Below the pieces are notes generated by a model that was given only the letters and a program-made list of their open reading frames with translations, had not been told where the DNA came from and made no database searches. Positions 38,723 to 50,140 of a DNA stretch of 64,000 nt are shown one piece after another; position 1 is the first letter of the stretch; each line of letters begins with the position of its first letter. The DNA is from Magallana gigas (Eukaryota). The DNA is taken from assembly GCF_963853765.1 (NCBI RefSeq), contig NC_088856.1, positions 7,936,001-8,000,000 on the forward strand, in the 5' to 3' direction. Made by a program: the position numbers and the translations under genes.

Positions 38723-39107
38723 CCGACAGTAAAAGTGGACATAATTTTTTGGGGGTCTTACAGATAAATTATCGAGATACTTCTCAAAGCCAAAATTAGG
38801 TTTCAAAATTTTATATCCATGACCTCAATAGGAACAATTTATATCATTGGAGCATATATGAACAAATTGGTCTTTTAATCCCTGATTTACAGTAGCAGTT
38901 AACCATTATATATTAAAAAATTGGTTGTGCCATGGCTTTTATGAACCTATTCATACAAATACTTTTTTGCTTTAGTAATTTTTGATAATACGATACTCAA
39001 GTATAGATCTTCGAATTTTTTAACATTTTCAATAATTTCTTCTTTTTAGTTAAACAAATCTTTTTTAGTGTTGTAGCTTTGGAGAAAATTAGTAGATTAT
39101 TGAAGGG

Positions 39108-39202
39108 GACAGCATATTCCAGTTCCCCGAGAGCAACCCTATTTTTCGAGGCGAAACCAGGGATATAGGATTACTCAAGAAGAACTGGAATCTTGCTGTG
39201 TC
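39108..39202. repeat. Decayed palindromic element with GAGGCGAA centre
   Basis: acagcatattccagttc / gaactggaatcttgctgt arms; centre cgaggcgaaacc. Confidence 0.5.
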
Positions 39203-40804
39203 TATTTTATACCAGTACAAACAATGCATCAAAAGACTAATTAATGTTGTCATACAGAAACTAGACACTTTAACATTAACTTCAACACGGTAAGATTGGC
39301 GATATTAAGTAATCTTTTTGTTGTATTTATGTAAAATGCAATTTTCAGAACTGAATTAGTAATGTGTATTTTCCTATATCATAAGCTTAAGTAAGGCATC
39401 TTATCATAAAGCATTGCCTTAAACCTAACGGGTTTTGGAGAAACGTACACATACCAGGAAATCTTCATTTATCATCAAACCATATATGATATATGCATGT
39501 AGAACTCTCATTGTGAATATTTCATACATAGGAACATTAGACAGAAACCACATGCATACAATAGCGAGAAAAGCTCGCCCCTCCCCCCAAGAAAATCGAC
39601 TCGCCCATTATTTTTGGTGTTTGGATTAGTTTAGCTTCCTGTTTTTATATACATCTATTTAAAGTTTCTTTGGAGATTGGTGTCAGGTAGGGTATTACAA
39701 ATACCAAAAATGTTATTAACTATGCAGTTATTATGAATTTTTTAAGACATTCGGTAGTGTCAATATATTTTCCTTGAAAGTCTTCACACGCATACTCCAG
39801 AGAATATTAAAATTTACCAGATTTAAGTCTATATAAATTAATTATTGGGATTGAATAGAGCATTGCGAATTCTTCCAAGAGGAGTTATACAGTGCACTAG
39901 TTGATTAAGGAGGTTGGTTCTTACTATTTATACCCTTGATATTTTCATGAATTTTCTTGCATGAAATATTACTTCTACGTGCATGACAATTTTTAATATC
40001 AAGGAAAAAATTTCTTTACCACTTCGATTTCCGTAAAGGTCTTGTCAAAAGATAACCATATTTTAGTATAAATTACATTTCAAATTTGTTGGAAAGGAGC
40101 TAAATATTCACTTTTTAATTTTTGGTATTTCTAGTCTAGTGGTTTTTTCCCTCAAATATATGAAATCTATTTCAAACTGTCACCAAATCGTGAAATTGAA
40201 AACTCTTAACTTCCTGGTTTAGTCCAGGTCATATATCAAAGCAAAGGTTTTTTTTAAATTTTCCATCTCTCATGATTTGATATGTTTGGTAAATATTGAC
40301 TTAGATAAATTAGTTTCGACAGAAATTATACCAATAAACTGCTGATATTTATCTTTCGATACCATGTCAATTTATTTTTAAATAAAAAACCCTTGGTCCT
40401 GCGAGTAAATGAGCTAGTTAAACATTTTCTTTATATTTGAACATGGTCTATAATACTGTGGAAGGATGCAGTTGCTTGCCCCTTTCTAACATTTTATCCG
40501 TTTAAACTCATACACTCACACTTTTTCAACTCATAAACGCTTTATATAATACTTATTTTTAATAAAAACACAAAACAAAAATTTTTGTTACTTTGCAACT
40601 ATAACTGCATGAAAATGAGATATTGGGCAAAGTCATCTGCTCTGGAACTTTTTACTCGGCCTCTTTTAGCTAAATATTTTGGTCACATAACATATAGGCA
40701 TAGGAATATGCCTCCAACACTTCTGTGAAAGGGTTTATCTTATTTTCAAATTTTAAAAATCGTATGTCCTAATGCACTAACAACCAGTATTTATCATTCT
40801 AGGT

Positions 40805-43041
40805 ATGGATTCGGTTCGTTATCTTCTGAGCAGTTTCTGTCTCCTGACATTACTGTTAATGCTTGCAACTGTACTGTGGTTCAAGGAACACTTTCCGCAG
40901 ACTGCTCTAACATTGGTCTCAAAAGCTCGCCTGTGTTTTGGCCGAACGTAACCAGCATCAATCTTAGCCACAATAAATTAACATACTTACCTCAAGGGTC
41001 AACTCTTCCTTCTTATTTAACTTTTTTGGATCTTTCGTACAATGAAATAAAGCATATTTTAAACAAAACATTCAAGGGACTATGGAGGCTTTCTGATCTT
41101 CGATTAAATGGTAATAAACTTGAAGTGCCTGTAAATCTAGATAGGAACGTTTTTGCAGACTTAGAGAACATAAAGCACCTGGATTTGTCTAACAATCCCG
41201 AACTCACTTTCCGGATAATGCCGATCATAACATACGGGTTAAGAAACTCTCCAATTGAAATTCTTCGCTTAAATAAAATCCATTGTACATTTGGGCCGAG
41301 TACAGAACTCAGGGTAAATGATTTGAGATATCTTAAAAACACCACCCTAAAAGAACTCCATATATCGAGCAATAGGCTGGAAATAGTCGAAGAAAGAGCT
41401 GTAGGCTATTTGCCTCAAACAATTAAAAGAGTGTCGATTGCTGATAACAAAATCACATTTGGATTGTATCTTTTGGAACTCTTCTTTCTAAAAAATTTAG
41501 AATGGATCAACGCTACTATGCAACATATGTCCCACAATCCTCGAGAAGTTTTGAAGTCATTTTTCGTCTTCTCGTGTAACAACAAGAGAAGAGACAATTC
41601 AGAAGAATCGACTTCTGAAACAGCAAACATGCCCTTGAGATATCTGACCAATTTTCAGAAACAAGAATTTTCTTCCGCAAGAATGAATTATACTTTTCCA
41701 GTCCCATATAATTTGAAAACATTGTTCATTAATAAGATCGGACTTGGATATTCTATTCCAGAGATGAGATTTACTAGAAATAATATAGAAAATTTATATA
41801 CGCAAGGTAACAGTCTACGGTCTTGGATCGGTCCAGTTAGGTCTCTAGAAAATCTTAAAAGATTGGATATGTCGAACAACTTTTGCACTTCTGTGTCAGA
41901 TTACTTTTTTCAACATTTAAATTCAATTGTCGAATTATATTTGAACAATAATTTGTTGGGATTTAGTCTTGCTTCAGATAGAGAGGGGAAAATCTTCAGA
42001 TATCTGAACACCCTGAGACATTTGGAACTGAAAGGAAACAAAATTGCAAGTCTACCGACAGCTGTTTTCGTAAATCTTACAAATCTTAAATATCTCGACT
42101 TGAGCAATAATCTGTTAACCTCTATTGATTTTAACATTAGTCATTTGAAATCGTTGACCTATTTGAATCTATCATCCAATCAAATCCAATATCTATCTGA
42201 TTCAACAATGGATGCTTTCGATCAGCATTCGGATCAAGCACCTATAACGTTAAGCTTTTTGAACAATCCATTTCTGTGCGAATGCAAAACTCTCAAGTTT
42301 TTGCACTGGATGGATCAAAAAGAGAATTCTAGTAAAATTCACATGAACGATTTTAATGAATACACATGCAAAAAAGAAGGGACGCTCATAAAATTTGTTG
42401 ACATTCAACAACATATCAAAGAACTGGAAAAGGAGTGTGCCTCTTACAAAACTCTGATATTTCTTGTGACATCCTGTATCCTCCTCTTCCTCTTCATTCT
42501 GACGACAGGATTGGTTTACAGGTACAGGTGGAGATTGCGATATTTTTACTACATGACAAAAAGTCGATATCACGGATATAAGTCTGTCCGAGGTGAAGAC
42601 GAGCAAACGGATTTCAAATATGATGCATTTGTTTCGTATGCCGATGAAGATTTAAGTTTTGTCCAGCAAATGACATCGAAGTTGGAGGGAGAGAACGGTA
42701 TCCGTTTGTGTATCCATCACCGTGATTTTGTCCCTGGGTACGACATTGCTGAGAACATAATCACCGCCATCAACAAAAGCAGGAAAACGATTGTTATCTT
42801 ATCACCAAATTTCATCCAATCCGATTGGTGTATGTATGAACTACATATTGCCAAAATGGAAGAGATATATAATAGGGACAATGAGAACGTCTTATTCCTG
42901 ATTTGCTACGAGGAAATTCCTGCACCGAAGATTCCGCTTTCCATCATGGACGTCATTCATCAAAAGTCGTACCTAGAGTTTCCCAATGATGAGTATGGTA
43001 ACACAGTGTTTTGGAATAAACTTCATGCAACTCTTGTATAG
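40805..43041 (+). pseudogene. Toll-like receptor copy 1 (LRR-LRRCT-TM-TIR) with a 28-bp frameshift deletion in the signal peptide
   Basis: The ATG at 40805 (homologous to 53610) is out of frame with the long ORF 40876-43041 (offset 71 nt versus 99 nt in copy 2). Missing bases are gatatacacagactgttgcgaagaccaa. The remainder is open and about 94% aa identical to copy 2. Confidence 0.85.
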
Positions 43042-43438
43042 TTGTTCAGCGCTCACTGGTTCCTTTTTTAGTGAGAATAGATTTAATGAATCTAGAAAAA
43101 TTAAGTTGACTGTATCAGCCCACAATATTAACCTTACTTAAGTGTTATTGTGTTGACTGGAATAAAGATAAAACAAGAAAAACAATACCTGTAATTATTC
43201 CTTGTTTATATTCTATATCTGATAATCCTTTTGCTTTTTATTAAATCTCTGTAGTTCAATTAAGTAATATTCATATGTAATATATAAAATATGTTAAATA
43301 ATTCTATTTTTCAATAAAGTTCATGGAAATAAATATAATTTTGTTCCTGGGTGAAAGTATGTATCTTCTTTATGTAGAGGTGTATGAATTATATATCTTC
43401 TATATGTAGAGGTGTATGAATTATATAAACACTTAAGC

Positions 43439-43552
43439 TTTTTAGCTCACCTGAGCTGAAACCTAAGGTGAGCTATTCTGATCACATTTTGTCTGTCGTC
43501 CGCCTGTCTGTCTACCCGTCTGTCTGTCCGTAAACTGTTCACAATTTCAACA

Positions 43553-43583
<31 letters not shown>

Positions 43584-44857
43584 TAAACTTGGCACAAAAT
43601 ATTCTTAGGCAAAGGGAATTCAAATTTGTGAAATTTAAGGTTCAAACCCTTTTACAAGGGGAGATAATTAGGTTTTTAAAAAAAGAACTATTTGGCAAGT
43701 AAAGCGTAAACTTGTGAGAAAGCATCCTCAGGTAGTGTACATTCAAAGTTGTGAAAGTCATGATCCCCGGGGGTGTGGTGTGACCACAATGTGGGGGGGC
43801 GAATTTTTACAAAGGAATATATAGAGTAAATCATTATGAATCTTCTTCTCGGAAACTTATCAGCCAGGGAAGCTGACACTTTGTGTGGAAGCATCATCAG
43901 ATAGTGTTGATTAAAAGTTGTAAAAATCATGATCCCTTGGGGTATGGTGGGGCCAAAATGGGGGAGGTGGTTCAAATTGTACATAATATTAATTTAAGTA
44001 AATCTTTAAAAATCTTCTTCTTAGAAACTAGTCAGCCAGGAAAGCTGACACTTGTGTGGAAGCATTTTCAGCTAGTGTAGATTCAAAGTTTTGAAAATCA
44101 TGACCCGAGGGTGTAAGTTGGGGCCACAATTGGGTCAAACCTTTACAAAAGATAATTATAATAGTCAATAAGAGTAAATCTTTACAAATCATCTTCACAG
44201 AAACAAATTGGCTAGAAAAACTGAGACTCAGGTAGGGTAGATTCTAGTTCGTTCAAATCATGACCCCCGGAGTAGGGTGTGGTCACAACAATTTTATATT
44301 GGAATATATATGGAAAAAAACCTTTTTCTAAAAAATATTTTCCTAGAAAGGCAACCTCAGATAATGTAGATTCCAATGTTTTCAAATCAAATTCTTGAGG
44401 AGTAGGGTAGGGCCATATTTGGGATCCAATTTTACAAAGGAAAGCATTTTAAATATTCACAAAAACTGAAATGCTATAATATATATATTTATTTATATGC
44501 AATTATTTTGAGATATTGCTGATTCTTTAAAATTGTTTAGACTTTGGCCCCTGGACGACTCTTGGGCCTTACCAGGGGTTTAGAGTTTGATGAAGGTTTA
44601 CATTTTATATATAAACAATTATTTTGGATCTTTTTAAGAACTGCAATGCTCAACATGTGATATGACTATAAAATCATCCTGTTAGAAAAGGGACTAATGA
44701 TAATAAACATAAGAACATCCAGGGGGAAAATGGATTTTTATTTATACAGGATCTACGTGTATTATACAACGTTTTCCAGTTCGTTTGTATTATGGTTCCA
44801 TTAAGCTGATTTTATCATACCTATTGTTCCTCAGAGAGCGATGTGGGCCTCTTGTTT
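43439..44857 (+). mobile_element. Non-autonomous Helentron/Helitron-N (DINE-1/HINE-like) element carrying a satellite-like array
   Basis: 5' TTTTAGCTCACCTGAGC with inverted repeat agctcacct/aggtgagct (43444-43474), GTCT/GTCC microsatellite (43491-43530), central tandem array, 3' gagcgatgtgggcctcttgttt. Inserted in a T-run; empty site at about 56228-56240. Confidence 0.85.
43690..44430 (+). repeat. Satellite-like tandem array, about 4.5 copies of a 160-170 bp monomer (Cg170-like)
   Basis: The tcag(g/a/c)ta motif recurs at about 43728, 43897, 44068, 44228 and 44358, each followed by tcatga.ccc. The Cg170 name is from memory of oyster Helentron-borne repeats. Confidence 0.75.
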
Positions 44858-47800
44858 AAGGAAGTAAAATTGTCCATGTCTTCTTACTCTTGGCTCCTAA
44901 AGCAGGTTAATTTGAAAATATTCTGAACGTAATTTAATGTTTAGTCTTTTGAAAACAAGCAATTAGTGGTTCAAGGAAGAATAGGGCTTGGTAAAGTTTT
45001 GCCAAGCGAAGAAAGAGTCGAGTTTTCCTGTTTTGTGGTGAAATATCCTTAATGGCAATTAACTTCATCTAAATCACCATAATTATGGACCATAAGATTC
45101 GATAATTTTTCTTTGAAGGTCGTTTACATGTAAATATTGCTTAATTTTGATTTTAGGACTTTCAAAGAAATTGAAAAGTTCTTGTGATTGCAAGTACAAT
45201 TGCAATCTTGAGGGTGTTTTGATTCTATAGATTGGACAGAAAAAAGGAATTATTGTTAAAGATTCAATCAAAGAATGGTTTGCTGTCTGTTCCTTGTTCA
45301 GTCGCAGAAATTGCAAGATACGAGAGATATATTACCGCAAATGAATCGAGTTCTGTAGGTTATTTTTGTTTAGTCCTCTCGGTCTTTAAAAAATCTGCAG
45401 ATGTCTTGGTCGAGAGTGACAAGAACCAACCTAAAAAGATTTAGCATGACCAAGTTAACTTATTCAAATATATCTTTAAACGCAAATAAGAAAATAGTCA
45501 ACAAAACATTGATGGAACTTTTGAGGGATTCTTATTTTAGACTGAACAATAATAAAGAAAAATAACATGATCTCAGATTAAGCTGAAAACTATCATTCAT
45601 CTTCGTGAATGAATAATAAATAAATACTAGTAATGTTAGTAATTCTTGTTTGAGACATTTCTAAAATAATCAATCCAAAACTGAGCGTCAGTCTAATAAG
45701 CGGGATACATAACCCACAACACGAAGATCATACGAGGGTTTTGTTTATATATTAACTGCTAAGCAGTAAATACACGGTTTGAAACGGATGTGAAATACTC
45801 TATATACAGTCTAGTTGACATCAAATCAAACTAGAAGGGAGAAAAATCCGTACAAAGCAGACATTTCTGTGGTGTATTTTGCAAACGGAAATGAAAGATT
45901 ACAATGACTTATTGGCGCTGTATCTTTTACCTTACTTACCATCTGACATTCAAAGTTTTGCAAATCATTGAAAATACACCAATGATGCATTTTAGGCATA
46001 AAAAAAAACAAAAACAAAAACAATTTAACAAACAAACAAACAAAAACACCCCCCCCCCCATAAAAAAAACCACCATAAAAAAATAATAAATAAATAAATA
46101 AATAATGAAAATAATAAAATTTGCATTTGAAATTGTGACTACATAACTGTTCCCATATCTCAATGAATATAATTTTTCACTCGTTTTGTTGTCGAAAGTG
46201 ACAAAAATTAACCTAAGTCTAAATAAATCAACATACATGCCTCAACAACAATCTCTCATTTCTCAATTAACCTCATAGGATAGTCTTCAAAATCTAAATA
46301 AACAAATTAAGGAACTAATGCTTTTGATTTTGCCGATTTCTGACTGAACAGGATCTATTTTGAGGTGTTTTCGACAGACAGTTGTCAGTTCAATAATTTT
46401 CTTATTTACATTTCGTTTTTTTAGATAAATATATTGTTCATAATCTTTATTACTATTAGAATTGTTGTAATATCCATTTAATGTTCGTATTTTTATATTT
46501 TATTCATTATAAACATGCATTTTTTATGCATTATCATTCTCAATTATGAATTTGAAACAGTGGTTAAATTTTTTATTACATGTCTTTCCATTTATACTTC
46601 TTCCTTATGCGCATCTATTGCTTATGACCATGAGATTGTCCACACATTTTGAAAGAAACAAGTATGTTTCTCGATTCATAAAAAAATAAAGGACTAAATC
46701 CATGTTATGTCAAAATCGGCCTAACGTCAAAAGCAATTAATATTGTATTAAAAATATTCTAAAACATTTTTTCATTCGTCGTGTAACTTTTTTTTCGTGT
46801 TTAAGAATTCAGAAATTCTATTTCTGATGTTTATTTTAAGACACTACAATAGCGAAAAATGAGGGGATTTTATAGCGTCAAGCATGACGTTACGTCTTTA
46901 AACATGTTAAAAGTCTTCAAGTCAACTACATATTAGCTATATTTTTATCTATGAAATTGAATATATTTGTCATTAAATTGATGTTAAAGATAAGTTCATT
47001 GCCAGAATTTAATCGAGAACACAACGGCCATGATTTTTTTTAACCCGCATGGCACACCTTAGTTTCCGTAAAGTCGGCCATTGTGACACGATTTCGCACG
47101 GTGACAAACAGGATTGTAAAGCGACGGATGCAAAGGAATTAATCAACGCATTTGTAAAGTAAGTGTTATAAAACATATCGATATTCTCTCTGTAACGTAA
47201 GGAAATATAAAATAAGAAATATTTGAATTATTTTATAGTAAAAGAGTTAGATCAACGATCGAGTCACATGTACTGTTCCAACACGCTGCATAGCCACAGA
47301 GTATGGTGTGTTGGCAGCGTTTCAATTGTTGGCCCATTTCATTGCGGAAAAAAGTTCACTTTACTATAGATCGGTTTATTATTGTTTATTTGTTATTAAA
47401 GGTATTATTTATTAACACATATCATGCATTTCATGGATTCATTTGTTCATCAGCTGATCTGAAACATTCACACATTTACCCAATTCCAAGAATATACAAG
47501 GATATACATTAGATCCAATGCAAAACAGAAAACAAAACAAAGAAGAGCTATTAAAAAACAACAACAGCTATAACTATGCTCTATTTGCAACATTTTAAAA
47601 CTCTACATAGCATACATGTAACTACCATTTTCAACCCAAACAATGTCATATATTCAAGATATATATATAAGAATATTTACTTGTAACATGTGAAACACAG
47701 AAATTAAATTAGCAAATAATGGGTAACAAATATGGTAATCATAAAGTAAAAGATTCTTCGTTATGGCACATTGTCAGTTAGTTTAAAAATGAGATGACAA

Positions 47801-49429
47801 AATGAATTGATTCAATATTAAATGAACATGATACAAAACAAATCATGCAAAAAATGATAAAGGATGATAACGGTGTTTGGTCTAAAAAATAGTAATTAAA
47901 CATTACTTAATTCCAAACCATACACCCAAGTCAATTGATTACAACACTTTTATATTATAGATTTTTTTGCATTAATATTCATTACTAAATTACGCAACAT
48001 GCGTTTTTCCCAAAACACAGTTTCAGGGACATTTTAATTCTTTGTCTACAACAACAGCGCAGGGAATTTTTTTGATACCCATTTATATCAAAACATGTTT
48101 TAAGCAAGATGTTTTAAAAAGAGAATAGTAATTATCCACGTTTTTGATCAGGAAAAGGTGTTTGCGACTATTAAGCCATTGATTATATGTTGATGAAAAA
48201 TTACCGCCCACAAGTATAAATCCATACAAGAAAAGATTAGTAAAATGATTCACATATGATGGTTTTGTTTGTTATTCTACTTTTCTGAGCAGAAGATGAA
48301 TTGTGTTTAATATTATTTTGTTGTTGCTGACACAGAAAGTTTGTATGTATACAATTTATATGGACTGAATTTATTCACTCAAACCAAATAATTCAATCCA
48401 AAAGGACCATACAAACAGATTGAACAAAAATACAAATCGTCAGAGGTATGCATACATTGTCATACCGGAAAAAGACGAAAGTAAAAATGGACATATTTCA
48501 TTATTTTTTTTTAGTTTCACAGATAAATTATCGAGATACTTCTGAACGCCAAAATTACGTTTCAAAATTTTATATCCATGACCTCTAGGCTATAGGAACA
48601 ATTTATATCATTGGAGCATATTTGGACAAATTGGTCATTTCATCCCTGAATTACAGTAGCAGTTAACAATTTTAGATTAAAATACTTTTGGTTGTGCCAT
48701 GGCTTTTATGAACCTATTCATACAAATGCTTTTTCTGTATAGTAATTCTTGCTAATACGATACTCAGTTACGTAGTGATGTGCATGCAAAGTAAGGCAAT
48801 GATATCTGTGCAAAACAATACAGATAACTTGGGAATTAATTCTTCAAAGACTAGATATAATTCTTAGTTTCTTTTTTTTTATTACAAATATTTTACTACA
48901 ATGGAAAGTACATGCATGTAGAAGCCCGTGCAACCTAAATGCATCGATCGGAAAGCAACCGACCGTAACTTTTTCAACCGGTATATATACCCCACTGGCA
49001 GTAGATGAGCGATAGAAAATAATATGGCGATCAAATGCTTAAATGAATTCATGTCAGCTTTAATATTACTTGGAATGATTTAAGTGAAGAGGAAGAAAGA
49101 TGTCCATAAAGTGTAAGAAGAAATGCTAGAGAATGCTAGAGAAAGGAATAAATAAAGTAAAAATACTTTGGGATGTAAAGGGAGTTCATTGTAGAAATCG
49201 AGAGCTATCGAGCGTGCTGTTTAGAAAGTGCCAAGAATTAAAAAAAGATTTATATTTTATTTTCAAATTTACAAAGTTAGCACTGTTTTTTAGCAAAATA
49301 CATTGATACTAGTAAGCAAGAAGATAAACTTATACTTACCTATAGCATAAAGACGCTATATCTTACATAATAAAATAGAAATAAAGACATTGGATAAAAT
49401 GATATCAAGTATTTTTTTAATTAGAAATA

Positions 49430-50140
49430 AAAGAAAAGAATATTGGGAAGTGGGATAGGGGTAAAATTTTTGGGAAGTATCATGAATTGTAGAAATAAAG
49501 AGGTCTGAAAAGAATTGATGACTGATTGGATGTTTGGTTGTAAAGAATAAAAAGGGGTATGAAAATGAACACAACTTAGGATTGAGCTAATGAGTGGAAA
49601 TACTGCATGAGGAGGGAATTTGATTGTGAGAAATAAAAAGGGGTATAGGGGTATAAAAATTGAAGGCAACTTAGGATTGAGCTAATGATGGAAATGATGA
49701 GTGGAGTATTGGGTGTGAGAAATAGAAAGGGGGTATAAGGGTATAGAAATGGAGATGACCTAGGACTGAGATAATGAGTGGAAATGATGAGTGGTGTATT
49801 GCCTGTGAGAAATAGAAAGGGATATAGGGGTATAGAAATGAAGATGACGTAGGACTGAGATAATGAGTGGACATGATGAGTGGAGTATTGGGTGTGAGAA
49901 ATAGAAAGGGGGTATAAGGGTATAGAAATGGAGATGACCTAGGGCTGAGATAATGAGTGGAAATGATGAGTGGTGTATTGCCTGTGAGGAATAAAGAGAG
50001 GTATAGAAAAAGAAGACGACTGAGGACTGATATAATGTGTAAATATAATGAGTGGGTTATTGATTGTGAAGAATAGAAAGGGATATGGAAATAAGGAACG
50101 ACTGAGGACTGAGATGATGTGTGTAAGGATGGGAACCTAG
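49430..50140 (+). repeat. Purine-rich 90-bp minisatellite with alternating A/B monomers
   Basis: Monomers start at 49699, 49789, 49878 and 49968; units 1 and 3 carry gagtattggg, units 2 and 4 carry gtgtattgcc; degenerate units flank them. Confidence 0.85.

Noticed and set aside
41013-42606. Several minus-strand ORFs within TLR copy 1 (and equivalents at 53714-54721)
   Set aside because: Antisense shadows; their recurrence simply reflects the paralogy.
43690-44430. CRISPR-like repeat-spacer array
   Set aside because: Whole 160-170 bp monomers are homologous with no unique spacers; eukaryotic satellite within a Helentron.
49356-49874. Minus-strand F/S/P/H-rich ORFs
   Set aside because: Translation of the pyrimidine strand of the minisatellite.
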